The notes under the pieces were generated by a model that did not search any database, was not told where the DNA came from, and saw only the letters and a program-made list of their open reading frames with translations. Below, one piece after another: positions 19,923-32,067 of a stretch of 64,000 nucleotides of DNA (the first letter of the stretch is position 1; each line of letters opens with the position of its first letter). This stretch comes from an uncultured Clostridia bacterium. GTDB taxonomy: Bacteria > Bacillota > Clostridia > Christensenellales > UBA1242. Both the position numbers and the translations under genes were made by a program. The stretch spans positions 1,970 to 65,969 of the forward strand of contig CAMEJD010000008.1 of NCBI GenBank assembly GCA_945919375.1, given 5' to 3'.

Positions 19923-22021
19923 TATCTACCTACCCTAAAAACATCTTCAACACCTTTGATGTCTTTTAAAATATTTATTACTTTTTCAACATCCGATTGC
20001 GTTGAGATTTCAACTTTTAATATGGTATTTACCTTTCCATTGGATGTTTCTTTACTATCTAGCCCAAGAATTTTGTACCCACCTGAAACCATTTCTGTTG
20101 TTAAAGAAATTAAAAAACTATCTGACTTGTTTGAAATAATTTTTACAATAATAGATGATTTCCTATTTTCAACGTTGTCGTCCCAAACGGCATTGATAAG
20201 TCTATCATGTTCCAAATATTTTAAGTTTTTACAATTTGAGCAATGAATTGTAACCCCTCTGCCACGAGAAATATATCCAGTTATCCCCTCACCATAAACT
20301 GGTGTACAGCAACCGGCATAACGAATAAGCATTCCACTATCCCCATCAATTAAAACGCCGTCTTTATTCTTTTTTACTGTAAGTGTGTTTGTTACTGCTG
20401 GAATATTTTGAGCAACTATATCCTGTTTGTGGTCATCTTCATATAATTGGCAAATTTTGTTACAAATATTATTTACCGGGACACTTCCATAACCAATAGC
20501 AGCAAAAAGTTCATCAATTGTGTTAAATGCATATTTGAATTGAGTCACATCAAGATATTTGTCTATCAAAAGTTTGTTTGGAACATATCCTTTGTTTTTT
20601 ATTGCTTGTTCAAGCATATTTTGTCCCAGCTTGATATTTTCTTCTCTCAAATTATGCTTAAAATAAGCATTTATCTTTGATTTTGCCGACTCTGTTTTTA
20701 CAAATTTAAGCCAATCTTTTGATGGGCCTTTACTATTTTGTGATGTTATTATTTCAACAATATCGCCGTTTTTCATTTTTGTTGAAAGCGGTTTTATTTG
20801 ACCATTAACTTTTGCACCAACACAACTATTCCCAATGTCAGTATGAATGTTGTATGCAAAATCAAGTACTGTTGCCCCTTCAACAAATTCTAGAACTTTA
20901 CCCTTTGGAGTTTGGACATAAATTTGCCCCTCACAAAGATTTGTTTTTAAGGTTTCAATAAATTGTTCTGCCGACAAATCGTTTGATGATTCAATTATCT
21001 CTCTAAGCCATGTAATCTTTTTATCTAGGCTTGTCATTTTTGTTCTCTTTTCTTTGTAAAGATAGTGTGCAAAAATTCCATACTCCGCCATTTTATGCAT
21101 TTCGTAAGTTCTAATTTGAATTTCAAGAGGTCTATTATTTTCAACAATAACAGTTGTATGAAGTGATTGATAGCCATTTTTCTTTGGATTGGCGATATAA
21201 TCTTTAAATCTACCTTCCATTGGTTTGTAGATACCATGAATTTTCCCAAGGACTGCATAGCAATCTTCAATTGTGTCAACCAAAACTCTTTCAGCAATCA
21301 AATCATAGATATTGGCAAGACTAACACCTTTTGCTTGAATTTTTTTGTATATACTTGAAAAGTGCTTTTGCCTTGATGTTATTGATGCATCCTTTAAACC
21401 AAGTTCATCTAAAATTATTTGAAGTCTTTTTGTTGTAATTTCAATTTGCTTTTGGTTTTCGTCATGTTGGAGCATAACGCTTTTTGCCAAATTTTCATAA
21501 GTTTTTGGATTAAGAAATTTTAAGCAATAGTCTTCCAAATTTGATTTTAGAGAATTTAGACCTATTCTTTCTGCAAGTGGTGCATATATCTCCCTTATGT
21601 TTACAAGATTTCTATGCTGTTCTTGTGTTAATGGTAAAGTGTAACAAGAAATTTCATAAAGCATAACATAGAGTTTTACAACTATAACACGCAAGTCTTT
21701 GTTCATTGCAATAAACATCTTTCTCAAAATTTCGGCTTGTTCTGTAAGAGTCATATTTGAAGTAATGGAAAAGTCGTTTTTAAGGCTATCATAAATTTCT
21801 TGTGTATCTTTGTTTACCTTACCGGTTAAGTCAAAATTTTGTTCAAAAGAAATATAGGCTAAAATTGTATCATAGTCCAATCTAAATTTTATTAAGTTTT
21901 GAATTACCGAAAATATTTTGTCAAATTTGTCTTTATTTGAATTTAATATATTATCCAATAATTCCTTTTCTTCATTATTTAATTCATAATTATTAAATAT
22001 TATTTCTTTAATTTTTTCCAT
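19922..22021 (-). CDS. relA: Long RelA/SpoT homologue: (p)ppGpp synthetase with degenerate hydrolase domain
   Basis: RFKDYIANPKKNGYQSLHT, EIQIRT, TGS, CC/HxxxC zinc finger and ACT domains; HD motifs absent. Confidence 0.92.
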   Translation of the reverse strand: MEKIKEIIFNNYELNNEEKELLDNILNSNKDKFDKIFSVIQNLIKFRLDYDTILAYISFEQNFDLTGKVNKDTQEIYDSLKNDFSITSNMTLTEQAEILRKMFIAMNKDLRVIVVKLYVMLYEISCYTLPLTQEQHRNLVNIREIYAPLAERIGLNSLKSNLEDYCLKFLNPKTYENLAKSVMLQHDENQKQIEITTKRLQIILDELGLKDASITSRQKHFSSIYKKIQAKGVSLANIYDLIAERVLVDTIEDCYAVLGKIHGIYKPMEGRFKDYIANPKKNGYQSLHTTVIVENNRPLEIQIRTYEMHKMAEYGIFAHYLYKEKRTKMTSLDKKITWLREIIESSNDLSAEQFIETLKTNLCEGQIYVQTPKGKVLEFVEGATVLDFAYNIHTDIGNSCVGAKVNGQIKPLSTKMKNGDIVEIITSQNSKGPSKDWLKFVKTESAKSKINAYFKHNLREENIKLGQNMLEQAIKNKGYVPNKLLIDKYLDVTQFKYAFNTIDELFAAIGYGSVPVNNICNKICQLYEDDHKQDIVAQNIPAVTNTLTVKKNKDGVLIDGDSGMLIRYAGCCTPVYGEGITGYISRGRGVTIHCSNCKNLKYLEHDRLINAVWDDNVENRKSSIIVKIISNKSDSFLISLTTEMVSGGYKILGLDSKETSNGKVNTILKVEISTQSDVEKVINILKDIKGVEDVFRVGR

Positions 22022-24404
22022 ATATTTTCCTAATTAGTTTTACTTTATTATATATATTTGACTTATTTAGGTCAGTTTTTATATTTTTGTTTAAAACAAA
22101 GGCAAAGAGCCCGTCTTTTGTACATGTATTTATTATATTTAATTCAGTAAAAATGTAGTAATAAAATAAAAAATTTGAGAACGAAAAATTAGTTTTAAAA
22201 TCTCTTAATATTTTTGAATGAAGGCCTATTAAACTTGTAAATTCTTCATTTTCAATTTTTTGCAATATTCTATAAAATTTTGTAATATTTTCTCGTGAAA
22301 TATCCAAATTTAATATCAAATTAACATCATTATTTTCAATTTTTGGAATATAAATTTCCGCAGATGAATTTTGACAAATATTATTCAAATATCCTTTATC
22401 AAAAACCGTATCCAAAAAAACAATTTTTTTGTAACTATTGGCAAAAGATATGTCAAGTGGTGACAAATTCAAAGCATTAAACCCTGTTGCTCTGCATTCC
22501 AAAAAGTTGATGTCATAGATATTTTTTAAGTCATATTCCTGCAAAAACTTTCTATACCTATTGGCATCAAAACATACAAAGCAAGTACCGAAAGACGATG
22601 AGGCGCATCCAGCAAAAATATCCAACAAATCTTTGTCATTGTATGTTTTTATTCTATTTCCAAAATCTTCATTTGTGTTATATCTCAATTGGTTTAACTT
22701 GAATGCATTAAAATATTTGTCAGAAGAATCTTTGATTTCATTTGAACTATCAAAGTTTTTGACCAATCCTTTGTACACCGATTTATTTTTTGATTGAAGT
22801 TCAAAAATAAATTCATAATAATTCCCAAAGTTAAGTTTTGGATAATCCTTTAGATAGTTAAAATATATCATACTTAACTTGTCATCAATGTTAATATAAG
22901 CATGAACTGACTTTGGACTTAATCTTGAGATTTTTACTTTGTTTGTCTTTATCAAAAACTTTGGCTTTGCATTTTCGCATCCGCAAGGTTCAAGAAGTTT
23001 TAAATCATTATACAAGTTATCAGTCAAGTCATTTAACGATAATTCAACATCATAATAATCAATAGGAATAAATGCTTGTGAATTTACATTCTCAAAAATA
23101 AAAGCCATTACCCTGTTTTTAAACTCTTCAAAATTTTCAACCTTTAACGTCAATCCCGCCGCAACTTTATGCCCGCCAAAAACAACTAATAAATCGTTTA
23201 CCGAACTTAAAACTTGATGAATGTTTACATCATCAATGCTTCTTGCAGAACCTTTTAACTCATCGCCATTTTGTGAGAGCAAAATAACAGGTCTGTTGTA
23301 TATATCAAGAAGTCGTGAACATACAATGCCCAAGATTCCACTATCCCATTTGTCAGATTTGAGAATAATTGCAGGCATTTTTGACATATCCTCGTTTTTT
23401 AACATTTCCATACAATCGTCAAAAACTTTTGTGCAAATTGTTTGCCTTTTTGTATTATGGTCATTCACCTTTTGCAAGAGTTCTTTAACTTTTACTGGGT
23501 CAGTTTCAAGCATTAGTTCAAGAGAATCTTCTGCCGAGCCCATACGTCCCGATGCATTAAGTTTTGGTGCAATTTTAAAAGCAATGTCGTTTGCATCAAG
23601 GTTTGTTAGGTTTATTTTGTTTTGTTTGAAAATTTCTTTTAGTCCATATGGCAAATACTTGTCCATAACCTTTAGACCCTTTGCAACAATTATTCTATTT
23701 TCTTCAGTAAGTGGTACAATATCTGCGATTGTTGCAATGGTTGCAATTGGCAAAAATTCTTCACACTCCAATGTCCCTAATATTGCTTGCGAAATTTTAA
23801 AAGCGACACCTGTCCCGCAAAGACCATTAAAAGTGTATTTTTGATTTGCAATTTTTGGATTTACTACAATTGTATTTGGCAAAATTTCGGGTATTTCATG
23901 ATGGTCGGTTATAACAATATCAATGCCAAGTTGCTTGCAATATTCAACTTCTTTGTAACATGTGATACCGCAATCGACCGTGACAATTAAATCAGGCTTC
24001 TTGTTTTTGCAAATTTTATCAATTACTTCACATGTAAGACCATACCCATCAATAAAACGGTTTGGCAAATAATACCTTGCATAGGCACCCAATTTTTTTA
24101 ACATTTTTAACATTATGGCCGTTGCACTCATTCCATCAACATCATAATCACCAAAAATTAGAATATCTTTTTTATTGCTTGCATACCAAGTTATCTTTTC
24201 AACTGCTTCCTTCATTCCAGAAAGTAAAAACGGGTCATAGTAGTTTTGATTTGTTGGGTTAAAAAACACTTGCAAATCACCCTCGGTTTTATACCCCCTT
24301 GAATATGCAATTTCAATTACTTTTTTATTAACACCAAACTTTTGTGCTAAACTTGAAATGACAGTGCTATCAGCACCATCGTTATAAAATTTTATTAGTT
24401 TCAT
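22008..24404 (-). CDS. recJ: ssDNA-specific exonuclease RecJ
   Basis: GDYDVDG, TVDCG, TDHH, FGGHKVAAG; long C-terminal extension. Confidence 0.95.
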   Translation of the reverse strand: MKLIKFYNDGADSTVISSLAQKFGVNKKVIEIAYSRGYKTEGDLQVFFNPTNQNYYDPFLLSGMKEAVEKITWYASNKKDILIFGDYDVDGMSATAIMLKMLKKLGAYARYYLPNRFIDGYGLTCEVIDKICKNKKPDLIVTVDCGITCYKEVEYCKQLGIDIVITDHHEIPEILPNTIVVNPKIANQKYTFNGLCGTGVAFKISQAILGTLECEEFLPIATIATIADIVPLTEENRIIVAKGLKVMDKYLPYGLKEIFKQNKINLTNLDANDIAFKIAPKLNASGRMGSAEDSLELMLETDPVKVKELLQKVNDHNTKRQTICTKVFDDCMEMLKNEDMSKMPAIILKSDKWDSGILGIVCSRLLDIYNRPVILLSQNGDELKGSARSIDDVNIHQVLSSVNDLLVVFGGHKVAAGLTLKVENFEEFKNRVMAFIFENVNSQAFIPIDYYDVELSLNDLTDNLYNDLKLLEPCGCENAKPKFLIKTNKVKISRLSPKSVHAYINIDDKLSMIYFNYLKDYPKLNFGNYYEFIFELQSKNKSVYKGLVKNFDSSNEIKDSSDKYFNAFKLNQLRYNTNEDFGNRIKTYNDKDLLDIFAGCASSSFGTCFVCFDANRYRKFLQEYDLKNIYDINFLECRATGFNALNLSPLDISFANSYKKIVFLDTVFDKGYLNNICQNSSAEIYIPKIENNDVNLILNLDISRENITKFYRILQKIENEEFTSLIGLHSKILRDFKTNFSFSNFLFYYYIFTELNIINTCTKDGLFAFVLNKNIKTDLNKSNIYNKVKLIRKIYGKN

Positions 24405-24522
24405 ATACTTCTACCCTGTCTAAAAATGTTAGACACCACTTTATGAATATAGTATACAAATTTTTTTACTCTTTTACAAATAAATTACAAAAAAATATGC
24501 CCACAAGGACATATTTTAATTT

Positions 24523-25590
24523 TTATTCTTTTGTTTCAGTTTCAACAATTACTTCAGGTGCATTGTTAATGTCATCATCTGTCAATTTTTCTTCAACAAC
24601 AACATTATTGTCAATTACCTTTTGTTTTTTCTTTCTTTGGATATAAAGCAATGCCCAAAGTCCTGGAACCAACAATATATCTGCATAAACACACACAATC
24701 AATCCAAGGAATAATGCTATTCCTACATTTTGAATTGCGTACAATGGCATAACTGCCATAAATAGAGCAAACATCAATACAATAATTGAAATTATTGCAA
24801 CAAGTTTTATGTTCTCTTTTGTTGTGATATTTGCCAATTCCATTTTTGATGTTTTTGCATAAATTTCTTTGCCATAATTTGCATTTGCTTTTGTAAAGAA
24901 TAACATTGACAAAAGTTCAGATAGCATTGTTACGAATGCAAATGCACCAACAATGTTAATATCAACAACTGTTCTTGTTATCAAGAGTAAACCGGCAAAT
25001 GTAAGATTTGAAATTACACTTACAAACAATGCAACAAATCCTGCACATAAACCTTTTCTTGATGCAATATAGATAAATAAAGCAACAAAAGTTACAAGTA
25101 TCGCAAGAATCAATGACATTGTCACTTCACTTGAAACATTTCTATCAAAGTTATCAACTTTAACAAATGTATCTTTTTCAAATTCGTCAACAACATCTGG
25201 ATGGAATTTCTCAAGTAAGTCTTGCTTTAGTTGTTCCCTAACTTCGTCACTTACTCTATCAAATTTGATTGTAATTGCATCACCATAATTGTTTACATCT
25301 GCTTTTTGATATACAATTACATCAATTTTGTTTGCTTTGCAAACTTCGTCAATATCTTTTTTTATCAAATCATAATTTGATTTGTTGTTTAAATCACTTT
25401 CAACAACAACTGTTGCAACTGTGCCACCCTTGAAGTCATATGAAACATTAAAGCCTACACAAAATAGTAAGACAAGACCAACCACAATTATAAGACAAGG
25501 TGCAATGAGATGATAAAGCCAATTTTTTGAAAAATTGTATTTTGTATTGTTTAAGCCATTTTTGAGTTTGTTATAAAAACTATTCTTCAT
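24523..25590 (-). CDS. secF: SecF-like membrane protein (divergent)
   Basis: YDFKGGT motif after TM1, extracytoplasmic domain, five further TM helices; overlaps the secD end. Confidence 0.75.
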   Translation of the reverse strand: MKNSFYNKLKNGLNNTKYNFSKNWLYHLIAPCLIIVVGLVLLFCVGFNVSYDFKGGTVATVVVESDLNNKSNYDLIKKDIDEVCKANKIDVIVYQKADVNNYGDAITIKFDRVSDEVREQLKQDLLEKFHPDVVDEFEKDTFVKVDNFDRNVSSEVTMSLILAILVTFVALFIYIASRKGLCAGFVALFVSVISNLTFAGLLLITRTVVDINIVGAFAFVTMLSELLSMLFFTKANANYGKEIYAKTSKMELANITTKENIKLVAIISIIVLMFALFMAVMPLYAIQNVGIALFLGLIVCVYADILLVPGLWALLYIQRKKKQKVIDNNVVVEEKLTDDDINNAPEVIVETETKE

Positions 25591-26917
25591 CGTTCTTTGC
25601 CTCCTTCTTAAGTGCCAAATGGCTTGCATTTGTGTTATTTAATGGTAAATACCAAGTTGTAAATAATCTTGTCAAGAGCAAAGAAGATACAATTGAAAGT
25701 ACACTACCAATTAGCAATGTTACTGCAAACGATTTTAACCCTGTTGTTCCAATTAGATATAAAACAACTGATGCAATTGCACCCATTGAAGAAATATCAA
25801 CTATATTAAACAAAGAGTCTTTGAACCCAAGTTTAAAAGAAAGTGGAATTTTTCTTCCCAAAGAGTATTCTTTTCTTATTTTTTCAAAAATTACCACATG
25901 ACACAAAACTGTCATCATATAACCTATAACTATTCCAAAAATACCAGAGAGTGTTAAAACAAAGAATGAATTTGGAAGTGCTTGCATAAAGAACAAATAT
26001 AAAACTGCATTGATTATGCTTGTAAGCATTGAAATCAAACCCAAATCTCTGTATCTTATGCACATAAACAAGTTTACAAGAACAAACGCAATCAACATTC
26101 CAAGGGCGATTGCAAAACCAATATTTTTACCAAGTGCCGGACTGTTTACACTGCTTTCCTTTAATGTAAGCTTTACATCAAAACTTCCCATATACACATT
26201 AAGAGCATATGCATTCAAAGCATTTTCTGTTGTTGCCGAACTGTTTGCCAAAAATGTTGACCCTGAAGTTATTTCTTTTTTGATTGAGTCAAGTGTCCCG
26301 ACCTTTTCATTTGTTTCTGCATTATAGAAATAAACCTTGTTGCCGTTATCTTTAACATATTTTGTAAGTTCTCTATATTGCTTTGAACCCAAACTATCAA
26401 ATTCAATCAAAACACCATATTCATATTTTGTTGAATCACTTGATGATTGTTGATAAGACAAACTACACTTTTTTATTCTTTGTGAGGAAATGTCATATTC
26501 TGTTTTGTTGGTTGTTTCTTCCCCACGAATAATAAGTTCCAATCTTTCGTTCATTGCAGAAAGAATTGTTGAACTTGCACTATCATTCACAACTTCAACT
26601 CTAATCATATTGTCATTTTGCTTTCCAATTTGGGTATTTGAATATCCAAACATTTTTAGAGCATTGTTTACAAACTTAACAGTTTCGTCCATCTTTTCAC
26701 TTGAGAGTGTTGTGATTTCTTCACTTGTTGTGGTGCATTCATAAACGGCAGTTCTGCCTTCTCCCAAGTCATATCCAAGTGGTATTGCATTGATAAAACC
26801 AGCAAAATTGTCTGTTGAACCAAAAGGCATTCTAAACGAGCAAACTGATAGAAAAATGCCAATGGCAACCAAAATGGACACAATTATAAAATTTATTCTT
26901 GAAAATCGTTTAGCCAT
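25580..26917 (-). CDS. secD: SecD-like membrane protein (divergent)
   Basis: LGYDLGEG (cf. LGLDLxGG), SPALG, IFEKIRKE, LKSFAVTLLIG; yajC-secD-secF-recJ synteny. Confidence 0.82.
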   Translation of the reverse strand: MAKRFSRINFIIVSILVAIGIFLSVCSFRMPFGSTDNFAGFINAIPLGYDLGEGRTAVYECTTTSEEITTLSSEKMDETVKFVNNALKMFGYSNTQIGKQNDNMIRVEVVNDSASSTILSAMNERLELIIRGEETTNKTEYDISSQRIKKCSLSYQQSSSDSTKYEYGVLIEFDSLGSKQYRELTKYVKDNGNKVYFYNAETNEKVGTLDSIKKEITSGSTFLANSSATTENALNAYALNVYMGSFDVKLTLKESSVNSPALGKNIGFAIALGMLIAFVLVNLFMCIRYRDLGLISMLTSIINAVLYLFFMQALPNSFFVLTLSGIFGIVIGYMMTVLCHVVIFEKIRKEYSLGRKIPLSFKLGFKDSLFNIVDISSMGAIASVVLYLIGTTGLKSFAVTLLIGSVLSIVSSLLLTRLFTTWYLPLNNTNASHLALKKEAKNDEE

Positions 26918-27095
26918 TACTAATCTCCATTTTTGTGTATTTACACATTTTTACTTGTTAATTATAAAATATTAAACATTGTATGTCAATTGATTTTTTA
27001 CAATAATACATGTTTTTACACATTTGTATTCAATAAAAAAAATAAAAAAGAAAACTACAAAAGTAGTTTCCATGATTTCTCTTGCAAAATACATT

Positions 27096-27506
27096 TTACT
27101 TGTTTTTGCCAACATTAACAGCAATTATTCCACAAATCGCCCCAATTATGCTACCAAACAAGCAATCGTTTAATAATGATATTCCAAATTCAAAATGTCC
27201 ATCCAAAATTGAGAATGCAACAAAAGCAATTATTGTGAACAAAAACCCAATGCAAAGTCCTGACATTAACCCCATTTCTTTTGATTTTTTTAAGCCGACA
27301 AACACGCCTATCATAATTGAAATTGTTTTTATTATCTGATTGATTGGTTTTATTAGCGAATCACTTATTGAGCAAAATCTCAAAACAAATGCAAAAATCA
27401 AAATCAAAATTAAACAAACAGAAAGTGCCATTAGTGAACCCTTTAAAACAGCCCCCAAAAATGACACTTTCTCGTTGTTATCTTTTACCAAATCTTTATT
27501 CTTCAT
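27096..27506 (-). CDS. Four-TM membrane protein of the TIGR04086/DUF3792 type
   Basis: Four hydrophobic segments, GAICGIIAVN C-terminus, position after yajC as in many Clostridia. Confidence 0.7.
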   Translation of the reverse strand: MKNKDLVKDNNEKVSFLGAVLKGSLMALSVCLILILIFAFVLRFCSISDSLIKPINQIIKTISIMIGVFVGLKKSKEMGLMSGLCIGFLFTIIAFVAFSILDGHFEFGISLLNDCLFGSIIGAICGIIAVNVGKNK

Positions 27507-27559
27507 AACTTCTCCTATCACACTAAAAATGTATGCAAGAGAAATTTGTTATATGATTA

Positions 27560-28111
27560 CTATTTGGATTTTTTTGATTTTTTGCTTGAAGTTTTCTTTG
27601 ATTTTTTTGCAACAGAAACGGCTTCTTCTTTTACTTCTTGCTCAACTTCAACCGGTTTTGATTCAGATGTTTCAGGCAAAACTGCAACTTCATCATCATG
27701 ATTTTCAACCTTATCTTCCACCTTATCTTCCACCTTATCTTCCACTTTCTTTTCTTCAACTTTTGGTAAATTTTCAATCGCTGGAGCAGAAAGATTTGCA
27801 TAGATTGCATTTATGTCCAAAGTCATATAACTTTTGTGCTTTTCGTCACCAGTTTCAATTGTAATTGTTTTGAAACCGTCTTTTTCTTCAAAGCCAACAG
27901 CTTTTCCAATAACTCCGGAGGCAGTCATAACCTTATCCCCTTTTTTGATTGAGTTAATCATTTTTTGTGCTTTGTCCATTTCTTTTTTGTTTCTTGCTTT
28001 CATCATAAATGGTGAAATAATCAAAAACAAAGCAAGAACACCAAGCAATATCCAACTCATTATTCCACTGCCTTGAGCATTACCTGCAGTGCTATCTAAT
28101 AAAAAATTCAT
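27560..28111 (-). CDS. yajC: Preprotein translocase subunit YajC with long charged tail
   Basis: Single TM, IKKGDKVMTASGVIG; acidic then lysine-rich C-terminal extension. Confidence 0.9.
   Translation of the reverse strand: MNFLLDSTAGNAQGSGIMSWILLGVLALFLIISPFMMKARNKKEMDKAQKMINSIKKGDKVMTASGVIGKAVGFEEKDGFKTITIETGDEKHKSYMTLDINAIYANLSAPAIENLPKVEEKKVEDKVEDKVEDKVENHDDEVAVLPETSESKPVEVEQEVKEEAVSVAKKSKKTSSKKSKKSK
27708..27743. repeat. 12-bp tandem repeat, three copies (VEDK) in the yajC tail
   Basis: accttatcttcc repeated perfectly three times. Confidence 0.9.
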
Positions 28112-28123
28112 AATTTTCTCCTT

Positions 28124-28207
28124 TTACAAAATTTGAGTCCAAAGTATTGTTATAACAACAAGTATAACAATTGGAATTATAATTTCTGAAAATGTTGCTA
28201 ATAACAT
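28124..28207 (-). CDS. Putative 27-aa single-TM microprotein
   Basis: MLLATFSEIIIPIVILVVITILWTQIL*, GGAG RBS 5 nt before the ATG, stop abutting the yajC RBS. Confidence 0.55.
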   Translation of the reverse strand: MLLATFSEIIIPIVILVVITILWTQIL

Positions 28208-28284
28208 ATTTACTCCACATTAAAATATTAACATATAACTATAATATTTGCAAACAAAAATTGTTTTATTATTTGTTGTTTTGT

Positions 28285-30463
<2,179 letters not shown>

Positions 30464-30596
30464 AGCGACATAAGTGTACAATTTTTTGTTTTTTAAGTCA
30501 AGGAAAAGAGAATGTAAACATATAAAATAATTTACATCTGCAATGCGTATAAAAAAATAAGACAAATCTAAAAATCTGTCTTATTTACATTTTAAA

Positions 30597-31334
30597 TTAT
30601 TTTTGTGCCAAAACAAAAGTGAAATATGGCTTGTCTATTTGTCTAACATATTTTGGACATAGTTTTATTGCTTCTTCGCTAGCATAACTATCTTTCATTT
30701 CAATTATTTTGAATTTATTTTTAACAAGTGAATTTACTATTGTTGCATATGTTCTATGATATTTAGTAACATCTACATCATTCCAAATTAAATGTCTAAC
30801 TCCTTCCCTATTATAGTCAGCAAATAAGTAATAAAATTTGCCATTTATAATCATTTTGCTTTCACTATTTTCTTTTGTTGGTTCAAATGTTGTATTTATT
30901 GGACTTTCTTGTGAATATATCAAATAGCCGTTTGGATTTAACAAGTTATAAATATCATTCAATAATTTGTCAAAATCTTCTATATAATGAAAAGCAAGCG
31001 AACTGTACACAATATCAAATTTTTGGTTAATATTGCTAATATCTTCCATTCTTAATACTTTATATTCTATATTTTTATCTCCATTAACTTTCTTGGCTTC
31101 TTCTATCATATTACAGGATATATCTGTTGCTAAAACGCTTTTTGCACCCATTTTTATAAATCTTATATCCATATTACCATCACCACAACCAAGGTCAAGT
31201 ATTGTTTTTCCTTTTACATCAGGCAACATTGAAATCATAATTGGATTTTCTATCAAATTGTTTGCATTAATTTTATCTTCTCTCATTGATTGATATTGTT
31301 CAAAAAATTCTTGATTATCATATACATTATTCAT
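30597..31334 (-). CDS. Class I SAM-dependent methyltransferase
   Basis: ILDLGCGDG motif I, FDIVYSSLAFHY. Confidence 0.88.
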   Translation of the reverse strand: MNNVYDNQEFFEQYQSMREDKINANNLIENPIMISMLPDVKGKTILDLGCGDGNMDIRFIKMGAKSVLATDISCNMIEEAKKVNGDKNIEYKVLRMEDISNINQKFDIVYSSLAFHYIEDFDKLLNDIYNLLNPNGYLIYSQESPINTTFEPTKENSESKMIINGKFYYLFADYNREGVRHLIWNDVDVTKYHRTYATIVNSLVKNKFKIIEMKDSYASEEAIKLCPKYVRQIDKPYFTFVLAQK

Positions 31335-31386
31335 AATTCACCACCATTAAGAATATTGTAACAAAATTTTTATGATATGTAAATAT

Positions 31387-31416
31387 AAAAAAATCCACCA
31401 AATCGGTGGATTTTTT
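31387..31416 (-). terminator. Intrinsic terminator
   Basis: aaaaaatccacc-aaatc-ggtggatttttt. Confidence 0.8.
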
Positions 31417-31582
31417 AGTTAGATTTTTTTGATGTTTTGTTTTGTGTGTTCATTTTGTCCATTTCGTTTTTTACTGCATCTTCAGTTTTGTTTACAATCT
31501 CTTTTGCTTGTGGATTATATTTATACAAAAGTGCACCGGCAACCATTCCCAAAACGAGCCCACATATAAGGCCATCCTTCAT
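31415..31582 (-). CDS. Small YtxH-like membrane-anchored protein
   Basis: MKDGLICGLVLGMVAGALL glycine-rich anchor plus charged helix; GGGAGG RBS. Confidence 0.6.
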   Translation of the reverse strand: MKDGLICGLVLGMVAGALLYKYNPQAKEIVNKTEDAVKNEMDKMNTQNKTSKKSN

Positions 31583-31632
31583 AAAAAACCTCCCTATGCT
31601 AGTTTGCACAGAAAGGTTTATTTTATTACATA

Positions 31633-32067
31633 TTATTTTTTATCTTTTTCAAGTAATGTCAATTTTTCTGCTTCAAGTCTTGCTTTTTCTTCTTCTTTTG
31701 CTTTTCTTTTAAAGAATTCTTCACAAGTGAGAGCCAAATCTTCCAAAACCAAGTCTATATACTTATAATCTTTGGTTTCAACATCGCCAAGAACTTCCAA
31801 AACGTCTTGTCTTGTGATGTTTTGTGCATTTTTAACTGATTTACCAATTACAAGTTCAGTTACAACACTTGATGCAACAATTGTCATAACATTGCCCATT
31901 GTTTTAAATCTTGCATTTGTGATAACTTCATTATCGTCTGCCAAAATATAAAGTTTTACAACTTCTGCACCATTATCACCTTCAAGTTTTGCTGATCCAT
32001 TTGAGCCCTGAAGTCCGCCAACGTTTGAAGGATTTTTAAATATTTCTAATACTTTTTGATTATACAT
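31633..32067 (-). CDS. IscU/NifU-like scaffold homologue lacking all three conserved cysteines
   Basis: MYNQKVLEIFKNPSNVG and ARFKTMG match the IscU pattern; start/stop overlap with the iscS-like gene. Confidence 0.85.
   Translation of the reverse strand: MYNQKVLEIFKNPSNVGGLQGSNGSAKLEGDNGAEVVKLYILADDNEVITNARFKTMGNVMTIVASSVVTELVIGKSVKNAQNITRQDVLEVLGDVETKDYKYIDLVLEDLALTCEEFFKRKAKEEEKARLEAEKLTLLEKDKK

Noticed and set aside
30597-31334. Methyltransferase as part of a restriction-modification or resistance element
   Set aside because: It has a generic small-molecule class I methyltransferase signature, no DNA-methylase catalytic motif, and no mobility genes nearby.
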